The notes under the pieces were generated by a model, which made no database searches, had not been told where the DNA came from, and was given only the letters and a program-made list of their open reading frames with translations. A stretch of 64,000 bases of DNA, taken from the NCBI RefSeq assembly GCF_030028105.1, contig NC_092377.1, positions 117,762,632-117,826,631 on the forward strand, given 5' to 3'. Both the position numbers and the translations under genes were made by a program. Source of the DNA: Mobula birostris. Lineage: Eukaryota. Of the stretch, positions 29,081 to 44,143 are shown piece by piece; within the stretch, counting starts at the first letter, position 1; every line of letters starts with the position of its first letter.

Positions 29081-29123
29081 CCCTCGGCACCTACCGTGCC
29101 TCAGTCTCCGGACATCAGTCACA

Positions 29124-32786
<3,663 letters not shown>

Positions 32787-32971
32787 AGACCCCACCTCCC
32801 TCTCCGGAGGCTCTGTAATAAATCAATAAAATCGTTGTATAGACTCTTGCTGTCTTTATTCCCGGCTCTGACGAGCTCCTCCGTGCCCCGATCTGGGATC
32901 ACGGCCTTCCTGCACACTGGTTGTCTCTGTGCTCGGCAAATGTCACTTATCGGGAGAGTGTTATCGGGGTC

Positions 32972-33570
32972 TGGAGACTGGAACTGTGCGCGGTGCTCCC
33001 AGTGTGGTCTGACCCAGGAGGATACGGAGACTGGAACTGTGCACAGTGCTCCTGGTGTGGGTCTGACCCAGCGATATGGAGACTGGAACTGTGCGCGATG
33101 CTCCCAGTGTGGTCTGACCCAGGGGGAGACGGAGACTGGAACTGTGCACGGTGCTCTCTGTGTGGGTCTGACCCAGGGATACGGAGACTGGAATTGTGCA
33201 TGGTGTGCCCGTTGTGGGTCTGTCCTAGGGATCTGGAGAGTGGAACTGTGCACGGTGTTTCCTGTGTTGGTCTGACCCAGGGACACGGAGACTGGAACTG
33301 TGTACGGTGCTCCCGGTGTGGGTCTGACCCAGGGATACGGAGACTGGAATTGTGCACGGTGTTTCCGGTGTGGGTCTGACCCAGGGACAAGGAGACTGGA
33401 ACTGTGTACGGTGCTCCCGGTGTGGGTCTGACCCAGGGATACGGAGAGTGGAACTGTGGACGGTGTTTCCTGTGTGGGTCTGACCCAGGGACACGGAGAC
33501 TGGAAATGTGCACGGTGCCCCCGATGTGGGTCTGACCCAGGGATATGGAGTCTAGAATTGTGCACTGTAG
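32972..33570 (+). repeat. 52-bp minisatellite (~11-12 units)
   Basis: Clear tandem array of GGAGACTGGAACTGTGCACGGTGCTCCCGGTGTGGGTCTGACCCAGGGATAC. Confidence 0.92.
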
Positions 33571-33665
33571 GGTAGATATTCCGAAACTTTCCCAGTCGCA
33601 AAGGTTGCTGAGTCATAAGGGTTTTGATATTTGGTCAGAGATTTAGTTGGGGGATGTGAATATTT

Positions 33666-34728
33666 CGTCATAAGGCGGGGGTGGCTAGAAACGGACCCAA
33701 GTGCAAGACACAAACACTGAAGTACTAGGGACAGGACTAGGATACAGGGCGATGGCAAGGACAAGGACAGGAAAACTAGGAACCTGGAACAGGACTGAAA
33801 AAGAGAGCTAGGAGCCCGGGCTTTGACTCCGAGCCAGAGACTGGACAACAACCCAGTACCTGGGTCTTGCCTCTGGCTCGGACCTCAGAACTAGGCAAGG
33901 ACGAGACTTGGCAGGCAGGCAGGACGAGGCTGGAGTCTTCAGTCTTGAGGCTCGAGATTAGAGGCAAGGATTGGCAGGAGGCAGGAGGCTGGAGTCTTCA
34001 GGCTTGAAGCTAGAGGCTAGAGACTTGGCTTGGCTTGGCAAGAGGCTAGAGGCTAGAGGCTGGATTCTTCAGGCTTGAGGCTAGGCAGGAGGCTGGAGTC
34101 TTCAGGCTTGAGGCGAGGTGAGGCTGGAGGCTGGAGGCAGGAGACTTGAGGTGAGGCTTGGCAGGAGGCAGGAGACTTGAGACTTGAGGTGAGGCTTGGC
34201 TCCTCCTGGGCAAGGCGCGGTTCACCTGGGCAGGGCGCGGTACTCCTGAGCAGGGCGCGTTTCTCCTGGGCAGGGCACGGATAACCACCCGACAGAGGCA
34301 AGGGACAGGAAGGGACAGAGCCAACCCCAGGTAACGGCAAGACGGCCTGGCTTACCTGGGCGGAGGCAACGGACAGGAAGGGGGCTAGGTACTGGGTGGC
34401 TGCAGGACCAGACAGCAAGACAAGGCAGGGCTACTGGCAAAGCAAGGCGAGACAGAACTTCAGGCGAAGCGAGAGTTACCGGCAAGACAAGGCAGGGCTT
34501 CAGGAGAGGAAACAGAAGGCAGGGGAAGGGATACAAGGAGTAGAACAAGAACGATACAGCAGCCACACCTGGGTCTCTGAAAGTATTTATGCAGCCAGCC
34601 CCAACGAGCATCAGCTGCTTCAATTAGCTCAACAAGAACAGAAACAGGGTAGATAGGAAAACCTGGAGCGAGGGTTGATGGACCGGACCGTGAACCGGAA
34701 TACGGACATCATGGACCGGACTATGACA
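33666..34728 (-). mobile_element. Solo LTR (1063 bp) with internal short tandem repeats
   Basis: Termini (C/T)GTCATA...TATGACA; flanks TATTT / TATGT; the empty site with a single TATTT is at ~12753 in unit A. Orientation is inferred from a CATAAATA box. Confidence 0.82.
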
Positions 34729-35364
34729 TATGTTCATCTCGGGGTGGGGTCTAGATCGCACTGCCTGAGGAGGTTGGTTGGTGAGAGGGACTCTTAACAA
34801 ACTCAGCATCCGGACAAGCAATGGAATATCCGAGGCATAGAGAGGGGTGGGCCGAGTGCTGGTGATTGGTGTTGGTGGGTCAGCAGGAACGCAAAAGGTC
34901 AAACGGGCTGCTTGTGTGATTCCGTTGTAGTTTGAAAGAAATGCCGTAGAACACCTACCAAACGCCGTGAGACCACAGTTGGGAAACACTGTCCTGTTCT
35001 TGTCTGAAATGGAGACGCTACACTGGAAACACGCAGCAGGTGGGGCAGCGTCTGAGAATGGGGACACAGGGTCATCAGGTCGGGTCAGGAGTCCTCGCCA
35101 GAATTCTGAAAGATTACTGTCCCAAGCCACCGCTTTTCTCTCTCTCTTTAGACCTGCGGAATTAATTCTACTCAAAATATCCGATTGAGATCAATTAATA
35201 AGGAGGGACTCGCAAGATTTGGATGAGTGAAGGGGATTGGGGCTGAGGAAAGAGATCAGGATCAGGAATATAATGGCAGGAACGAGAACAGCTTCGTCTA
35301 TATCTGACGTTCGACCCAAACATACAACTGGACGATCTGTAAACTTTCCTGGCTCTCTCTCCTA

Positions 35365-36500
35365 TCACAAGAGGATGCAGATTTAGGGCGCTTTGGAGAA
35401 GGTACAGAGGAGATGTCATGTGTAAGTTTTTTTACTCAAAGAGTGGTGAGTGTGTGGAATGGCGGGTAGGAGAGGGTCTTTTAAGAAACTTTTGGATAGG
35501 TACATGGAGCTTAGAAAAATAGAGCGCTATGGGAAATTCTAGTAATTTCTAAGGTAGGGACATGTTCGGCACAGCTTTGTGGGCCGAAGGGCCTGTATTG
35601 TGCTGTAAGTTTTTTATGTTTCTATCAGATTCTTTCTTCCTTAGTCCTGTATCTTTTGCACCTCACCTAGTCTCACCTATCACCTATCACCTGCCAGTTT
35701 CCCCTCACCCACTTTCTCATTCTGGGTCCTGCTCTCGTTCTCTCCAGTCCTGATGAAGGGTCACGGTCCGAAATGCTGTAAGACTCCTTACAGAAACTTC
35801 GGAGTGGGAGGCGAGGACTTTAATTCGACGCGATCACATTTTTGATCAAGGAGATGAAGATGCTCCCCGTCTGCTGAGTTGCTGAATTTGTTCGTTTTCC
35901 TCAATAATTTCGGTATCTGCAGAATCTCTAATGCTCTGGTCTGTTGCTGTCTGGTCTACAGCAGCTAGTAGACGAGAATAGGGCATCATATCCATGGGTC
36001 ACCGATCGTCACTGTCAATAAGATTGAAAGAGTGCAGAGCGAAATCATATTTGTGTTGCCGGGACGTGAGCGTCTGAATTTTAGTGGAAGTTTGAATACA
36101 TTCGGACTTTATTCCCTGGAGCGTCAGAGAATGATGGAAATTTTGATAGAGGTATACAAAATTATGAGGAGTATTGGTATGGTAAATACAAGCGGCTTTT
36201 CCCACTGAGGTTGAGTAGGACTACAACTAGAGGTCATCGGTTAAGGCTGAAATATTTAAGCGGAACACGAGGGGAATAGCTTCTCTCAAGACAGGGGTTA
36301 GAGTAGAACGAGCTGCCAGAGCAAGTGGTAGATGCAGGTTCGATTTCAATATTTAACAGAAATTCGGATAGGTACATGGACGGGAGGCGCATGGAGAGCA
36401 ATGGTCTGGGTACAGGTCGATGGAACTTGGCAGCAAAATGATTCAGTTTCGAGTAGATGGGCCGAGGGGCCTGTTTCTGTGCTGTCCTGTTCTATGACTT
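35365..36500 (+). mobile_element. Two CR1 3' fragments (35365-35625, ~36090-36500) flanking a short Penelope-like fragment with a decayed hammerhead core (35746-35776); paralog ~56925-58060
   Basis: CR1 3' motif GGCCGA(A/G)GGGCCTGT; AGTCCTGATGAAGGGTCACGGTCCGAAA. Confidence 0.72.
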
Positions 36501-36509
36501 TGAAAGGTT

Positions 36510-36769
36510 CGATGAAATGCTTTGAAGGTTGGTCATGACTAGACTGAAATCCTGCCTCAGCAAGGACCCGAACCCATTGTAATTTGCCTATCGCCACAAT
36601 ATGTCAACAGCAGACGCAATCTCAATGGCTCTCCACATGGCTTCAGACCACCTGGACAACACAAACACCCCTTTCAGGATGCTGTTCATCGACTATAGCT
36701 CAGCATTTAATATCATCATTCCCACAATCCTGATTGAGATGTTACAGAACCTGGGCCTCTGTACCTCCC
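36510..36769 (+). mobile_element. Rex1/Babar-like RT, upstream fragment (continues at 42647); paralog ~58070-58331
   Basis: '[11 protein letters not shown]...HLDN...[12 protein letters not shown]...LGLCTS' is contiguous in the RT with 'LCNWILDF'. Confidence 0.82.
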
Positions 36770-36966
36770 ACAAACTGCTGGGGACGAAGCAGGCCAGGCA
36801 GCCAGTAAGAGGTACAGTCGACGTTTCGGGCCGAGACCCTTCGTTAGGACTAACTGAAAGGAGAGATAGTAAGAGATTTGTAAGTGGGAGGGGGAAGGGG
36901 AGATCCTAAATGATAGGAGAAGACAGGAGGGGGAGGGATGGAGCTAAGAGCTGGAAAGTTGATTGG
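36770..36966 (-). mobile_element. Penelope-like repeat arm with a mutated hammerhead core (36816-36851); paralog 58332-58528
   Basis: Reverse complement of ~19340-19530; the core reads CTAACGA. Confidence 0.72.
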
Positions 36967-37771
36967 TGTGACGGGGTCCTGAATTACCCCTATGAACTGT
37001 GCTTTTGAAAAGAGAGAGAGAGAGAGTTGTTCAACACTAGACACCTTGTTATTAAGAGAGAGAGAGGGGGAGAGAGAGGGGCGAGATTGCTTTGAGATGG
37101 TATTATGGTTTCTCTGCAGCATGTTTACACTTTGCAAGGACACAGGCAGCTTCTATGTTCTTACAGAGAGAGAAGGGAGGAGCTACTTGATGGACAGCAG
37201 GTGTTCAGCACGCTGAGATAAGGAGAAGATCAGCTGATAGACTGACAGACACATGATTTTGGACACTGAATGAGCTTTGTTGTGCCCACAGAAAAGGTGA
37301 GTTTTGGAGGATCGATCAGGCGGATCGATCAGTGACTCTCGCAGTGTGAAAAGGGTGCGACCAGTGGGGAGTTAATGGTGTGTCCGACCCTCGACTGCGT
37401 TGACAATTCCACCACAGAAGAACAGTCCCCTTAGGTATGGGCACAGGTGACTACTAAGAGATTTTGGATGACAACGGGAAGGTTGACGGCGTCAACTCAC
37501 CTGAAGACTCAAACCCCTCTCTCTCTCTATCACCACGCAACTCCATACCACACACTGAACTGATCTTGACTCGTCATCGTAAGACTATCTATTTACCCCT
37601 AGTCTCGAAGAAGCTTGGTTTTTATATATTTCCACACTTATACATATCTAATCATTGCTAACCTGTTTTATATATCTGATTTTATATTACTGTATTGAGT
37701 AGTTACTAATAAATACCATTAGTTAATAGCAACACTGGACTCCAAACCCGGCATGGTGTACGTGACAAAAT

Positions 37772-37787
37772 TGGGGGCTCGTCCGGG
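37772..37787 (+). other. tRNA-Pro primer binding site (paralog 59334-59349)
   Basis: TGGGGGCTCGTCCGGG, complementary to the tRNA-Pro 3' end, 4 nt after the LTR. Confidence 0.88.
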
Positions 37788-40700
37788 TTACCAACAAATT
37801 GGTGGGAGCCATTCTAAAAATTGTGTGGGGGCTTGTTTGAATTAATTGAGGAAAATCCCTTTTGATTTAGTTGTGTGGAAAAACAGTAGAAATGGACATT
37901 AGTGCTGAGAGGTTTCTGTGGGAACCAACCCCTGAAGCGTTGGATGATGCTACGAGGAATGCGCTGTTGGCAATTGCTCAAAAGTTAAGACTAAGCGTGA
38001 CCACTAAAATGAGGACAGCTCAGATGCAGATGATAATAGCCCAGCATTATATAGCTAAGGGAAATTTTGACGAGGAGGCGTTAGAGTTATTCGCTGAAGG
38101 TAAGGTACTTACTGAGGCTGAGGTTTAGTTGCATTTGAAATTGCGATTAAAACAGCTCGAGGCTGATGACGCAGAAAAGCAGAGGATCCATGAGGCTAGA
38201 GAGGCAGACAAACAGAGAGAGTTTGAGAGGAAGTTGGTGCGGCAAGGAGTTCCAGTACCAAGCCGTAGTAGGGAGCTGGTTGCAACATTTAATGTTAGTC
38301 ACGAAATTGAGTTGGTACCTTCATTTGAGGAAACAGAAGTCGATAGGTATGTCCTACATTTTGAAAAAGTAGCCATAAATCGGAACTGGCCGAGAGATCA
38401 GTGGGTTGTTTTGTTACAAAGTGTGATTAAGGGGAACGTCCAACGAGTGTATTCAGCGTTGTCTGTTGCATGATTATAATGTAGTGAAAGGTGATATACT
38501 TACAGTTTACGAGTTGGTCCCGGAGGCATACAGGCAAAGGTTCCGAAATTTGAGGAAGCCTTTGGACCGCGCGTATTTAGAGTTTGCCCGTGAGATGCAG
38601 ATCACTGGTGTACCTCGAAAGGGGCAAGTGAGGATATTGACAACCTGAAAGAGTTGATATTGATTGAACAGTTTAAAGGTTGCGTCCCTGATGGTATAAG
38701 GACGTGCTTAGATGAGAGAGAGAGGCAGCGACACTATCAGAGTATGCTTAATTAGCAGACGAGTATGCCTTAACATAGGGTTAGGTATATTCTGAACAGG
38801 AGTTACCAAAATGGTAATAGAGATAATCCACCGGCTAAACCAAAGAGTAAACTGGGCAGTAGTGACAGAAGTAAGGAGGAAGGAAAGCAGTTGGGGGGTG
38901 GGGGGGGGGGAAATTTCCCAGTTTTAAAGTGCTACTTTTGTGGGAAACCTGGTCATGTGGCGTCCAATTGTTTTGCTATGAAAAGGGAAAAAGGAAAAGA
39001 GAAAGAGAAAACCCCAAATGCCTGCATTCAGACGGTTAAAACAACGCTGAAGAAGGAGGGGTCTGACCGAGTTCAAGAGGGACTCGAGAGATTTATTTCA
39101 AATGGGTTTGTATCTGTGAAGGAGGGGTCAACCCCGGTTCCTGTGAGAATCTGGCGAGATACTGGGGCTTTTCAGTCATTAATATTAAAGAGTGTTTTGA
39201 AATTTGGTACTGAGACGGAGACTGGTGAAGTGAATATTATCAAAGGCTTTGGAAAGGGAACTGAGGCCGTGCCTTTGTATAAGATAATTTTGGAATGCGA
39301 CTTGGTATTCAGATCAGTCACAATAGGGGTGCGATCTGAACTACTGATAGACAATGTTGATGTCTTACTCGGTAACGACCTTGCAGGTGGGGATGCTTAT
39401 CCAGCAGTTAAGCTCACAAGTCAGCCTGCTGCTGTCGAGGACCCGCCCATAGCTGCTGATGTGTACCCCGCCTGCGCAGTGACACGAAGCATGTCGGAAA
39501 ACGCCGCTGATGCTAATGTTGATTTATCTGAGACTTTCCTACCATCCCTATACCAACAGGACTTAGAGGGTTGTAAGGCTGAGGAGAGCAAGGAGGAAGA
39601 GAAAGACCTGTTCTTATCGAGGAAGGAATTTATAGAGGAACAGAATAAAGATTCTGAAATTGTGGCTTTAAAAGAGACAGCTCTCTCTGAGGATGAAATT
39701 CAGAAAGAGACAGTGTGATATTACCTTAATGATCGAGTGTTGATGAGGAAGTGCAGACCCACTACGGTGCCTGCTAGTGAGGATTGGGCTATTGGCCACC
39801 AGTTGGTAGATCCAAAGGTTTACAGGGCTGAAATCTTAAACCTGGCCCAGAAGATGCCTTTAGGTGGACATTTTGGAGTAAAGAAGACAGTGTACAGGAT
39901 TATGAGGGAATTCTTTTGGCCTAACTTGAGGAAAGATATTGTCAATTACTGTAGAGGGTGTCATACGTGCCAGGTGGTGGGAAAACCTAATTACGCCATC
40001 CCAAAAGCACCACTTAGGCCGATACCTGCATTTGGTGAACCATTTTCCAGGGTCATAATGGACTGTGTAGGCCCATTGTCATCAGTACTTGTTAACAATT
40101 ATGTGCACTGCATCTAGGTTCCCTGAGCCGTGCCTCTCAGAAACATCCAGGCCAAGACTGTGGTAAAGGCACTCAGCAAGTTTTTCGCACTGGTAGGTCT
40201 ACCTAAAGAAATTCAATCTGACCAGGGTAGTAACTTTACTTCAAGAACTTTCCATCAAGTACTTTTGGAGCTGGAGGCTAAACAAATTGTGTTATCTGCC
40301 TACCATTGGAGTCTCAAGGGGGTTTGGGGTGGATCCATTTCACCTTAAAGACTATGATTAAAACCTACTGTTATGAGAATGACAGGGAGTGGGATGAAGG
40401 GATATATTTATTACTTTTTGCTGTGAGAGATACCATTCAAGAGTCCCTGGGGTTTAGCTGGTTTGAGCTCATTTTTGGCCATAGGCCCAAAGGACCTCTG
40501 TCCTTGCTCAGAGAGCAATGGTCTAACCCAAAGGTGTGTGTCAGTGTGTTAGATTATGTTTTGAAATTCCGGGAAAGGCTTAACAAGGCTTGTGACCTTG
40601 CCAAGAAGAATCTGCAAAACTCCTAAATTAAAATGAAGCATTGGTTTGATAAGAGATGGGGGGAGCAGGTGTTTGAGGTTGGAGATAAAGTGCTGGTGCT

Positions 40701-40992
40701 GTTCCCCTTGTGACCAAACCACCCTCCCAGCACAATTTCATGGACCATACCATATAATTAAGAAAATTGATTCTTTGAATTATGTTATTGAAACTCCCGA
40801 TAGAAGGAAGGCGACCCAATTAGTACATGTAAACATGCTGAAGCCTCATTACTCTGAGACGGGACCAATAAGTACTGTTATGAAAACAAATGGGGCTGTG
40901 GAATTTGATAATGAGGTGTAAGATCATTTTAACAAACTGAATATCGTATCAACAAGACTTGAGAATTCCACTATTTTGAGACCTTGCTGATA

Positions 40993-42380
40993 GAAACATA
41001 GAAAATAGGTGCAGGAGTAGGCCATTCGGCCCTTCGAGACGGCACCGTCATTCAGTATGATCATGGCTGATCATCCAACTCAGAACCCTACACCTCTCTT
41101 CTCTTCATACCCCCTGATCCCTTTAGCCAGAAGCGCCATATCTAACTCCCTCTTAAATATAGCCAATGAACTGGCCTCAACTGTTTCCTGTGGCAGAGAA
41201 TTCCACAGATTCACCACCCTCTGTGTGAAGAAGTTTTTCCTCATCTGGGTCCTAAAAGGCTTCCCCTTTATCCGCAAACTTTGACCCCTCGTTCTGGACT
41301 TCCCCAACATCGGGAACAATCTTCCTGCATCTAGCCTGTCCAATCCCTTTAGGTTTTTATACGTTTCAATAAGATCCCCCCTCAATCTTCTAAATTGCAG
41401 AGAGTATAAGCCTAGTCGATCCAGTCTTTCATCATATGAAAGTCCTGCCATTCCAGGAATTAATCTGGTGAACCTTCTTTGTACTCCCTCTATAGCAAGA
41501 ATGTCTTTCCTCAGATTAGGGGACCAAAACTGCACACAATACCCCAGGTGTGGTCTCACCAAAGCCTTGTACAACTGCAGTAGTACCTCCCTGCTCCTGT
41601 ACTCGAATCCTCTTGCTATGAATGCCAGCATACCATTCGCCTTCTTCACCGCCTGCTGTACCTGCATGCTCACTTTCAATGACTGGTGTATAGTGACAGT
41701 CAGGTCTCGTTGCATCTCCCTTTTTCCTAATCAGCAACAATTCAGGTAATAATCTGTTTTCCTGTTTTTGCCACCAAAGAGGATAACCTCACATTTATCC
41801 ACATTAAATTGCATCTGCCATGAATTTGCCCACTCACCTAACCTATCCTAGTCACCCTGAATCCTCTTAGCATCCTCCTCACAGCTAACACTGCCGCCCA
41901 GCTTCGTGTCGTCTGCAAACTTGGAGATGCTGCATTTAATTCCCTTGTCCAAGTCATTTATATTGTAAACAACTGGGGTCCCAGCACTGAGCCTTGCGGT
42001 ACCCCACTAGTCACTGCCTGCCATTCTGAAAAGGTCCCGTTTATTCCCACTCTTTCCTTCCTGTCTGCCAACCAATTCTCTATCCACATCAATACGATAC
42101 CCCCAATACCGTGTGCTTTAAGTTTGCACACTAATCTCCTGTGTGGGACCTTGTCAAAAGCTTTTTGAAAATCCAAATATACCACATCCACTGGTTCTCC
42201 CTTATCCACCCTACAAGCTACATCCTCAAAAAATTCTATGAGATTCGTCAGACATGAGTTTCCTTCCACAAATCCATGCTGACATTGTCCGATGATTTCA
42301 CTGCTTTCCAAATGTGCTGTTATCACATCTTTGATAACTGACTCTAGCATTTTCCCCACCATCGACGTTAGGCTAACTGG
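40993..42380 (-). mobile_element. 5'-truncated CR1 LINE inserted antisense in the LTR element
   Basis: ORFs 41958..42362 and 41080..41715 (RT); GAAACATAGAAA tail; absent at the equivalent site ~16655 in copy A. Confidence 0.93.
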
Positions 42381-42646
42381 AGTCCGTCATCTGGAGCCTG
42401 CACAGAGAAAACAATTGAAAGAATTAATTAACAAGCATAAATATTTGTTTCCTGACATTCCAAGACGATGCACAGCAGCAGTGCATGACATCGTTGTCAA
42501 TTCAGCCTAGCCCATTAAATAGCATCCTTACAGAATGAACTTCGAGAAAATCAAAGGGGTTGAAAAAGAAATTAGCTACATGCTAGCAACTGGTATCATT
42601 TGGCAATCTACCTCAGACTGGGCGTCTACAGATTTCCTCGTGTTTG

Positions 42647-43742
42647 CTCTGTATTTCCCTCTGCAATTGGATCCTCGATTTCCTAACCAGAAGACCACAA
42701 TCTTTGCGGATTGGTGATAACATCTCCTCCTCGCTGATAATCAACACTGGTGCACCTCAGTGGTATGTGCTTAGCCCACTGCTCTACTCTTTCTATATTC
42801 ATGACTGTCTGACTAGGCATAGCTCAAGTACCGTCTCTAAATTTGCTGATTTTACACCCATTGTTGGTAGAGTCCCAGGTGGTGACGAGAGGGCGTACGG
42901 GAGTGAGATATGCCAACTACTGGAGTGATGCCACAGCAACAACCTGGCATTCAACATCAGTAAGATGAAAGAACTGATTGTGGACTTCAGGAAACGTAAG
43001 ACGAAAGAACACATACCAATCCTAATAGGAGGATCAGAAATGGAGACAGTGAGCAGTTTCAAGTTCCTGGGTGTCAAAATCTTTGAAGATCTAACCTGGT
43101 CCCAACGTAACAATGTAGTTATAAAGAAAGCAAGACAGCGGCTACACTTCATTAGGTGTTGAAGAGATTTGGCATGTGAACAAATACACTCTAAAACTTC
43201 TATAGATGTCCCGTGGAGAACATTCTGAATGGCTGCATCACTGTCCGGTCTGGGGGGTGGGAATGGCTACTGCACTGGACCAAAAGAAGCTGCAGAAGGT
43301 TGTAAATCTAGTCAGCTCCATCTTGGGTACTAGCCTACAAAATACCCAGAACAGCTTCAATGAGCTGTGTCTCAGAAAGGCAGCGTCCATCGTTAAGGAC
43401 ACCCAGCACACAGGGCATGCCCTGTTCTCACTGTTACCATCAGGTAGGAGGTACAGAAACCTGAAGGCACACACTCAGCGATTCAGGAACAGCTTCTTCG
43501 CCTCTGCCATTCGATTCCTAAATGGACATTGAACCCATGGGACAACCTCACCTTTTTTAATATACAGTATTTCTGTTTTTTTGCACATCTTTTCAATCTA
43601 TTCCATATATGTATGCTGTAATTGATTTACTTATTTATTATTATTTTTTCTTTTCTATGTTAAAAGTTGCATTGAACTGCTGCTGCTAAGGTAACAAATA
43701 TCACGTCACATGCCGGTGATAATAAACCTGATTCTGATTCTG
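42647..43742 (+). mobile_element. Rex1/Babar-like 3' part (copy B)
   Basis: Paralog of 19564-20659, with the ATTCTG tail. Confidence 0.85.
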
Positions 43743-44035
43743 TCCTTAACTCTTCCCCTTACGCTCTCTGTTTGCTCTTGGTCCCAGAACCAATCGGATT
43801 CTAACGCCCTGCTTGCTAATGCCTTCCCGCACACTGACAGGGCGAGGGCAAACTCAGGCTACCTGGGTGGTCTGCAACCAAGTGCTCCGAGATAGAGTGA
43901 AACACTTCTGTTTGAGTGCCAGCCAGACAGATCATTCCCTCAGTTAGTCCATCGAGATGGTGGGTCTCACCCAAAGTCCCTCACCCCTAAGCACATTCTT
44001 CTTCAGACTTTAGTTACCCCACCGTGGATCCCGTT

Positions 44036-44079
<44 letters not shown>

Positions 44080-44143
44080 GATGCGTGGGTGTGTGTGAGT
44101 GTGCTTGTGTGTGCGAGTGAGTGTGTGTATGTGTGCCTGTGTG
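44036..44143 (+). repeat. (GT)n microsatellite
   Basis: Seen directly. Confidence 0.95.

Larger units (their letters stand above)
36967..42626 (+). mobile_element. Gmr1-type LTR retrotransposon, copy B (5' LTR 36967-37767, PBS, gag, PR, INT; RT-RH-3' LTR missing)
   Basis: TG...CA LTR preceded by ATTGG; PBS at 37772-37787; 'RDTGAFQSLI' protease, CCHC knuckle and integrase motifs. Confidence 0.93.

Noticed and set aside
37772-37787. tRNA-like sequence
   Set aside because: It is a 16-nt primer binding site, not a tRNA gene.
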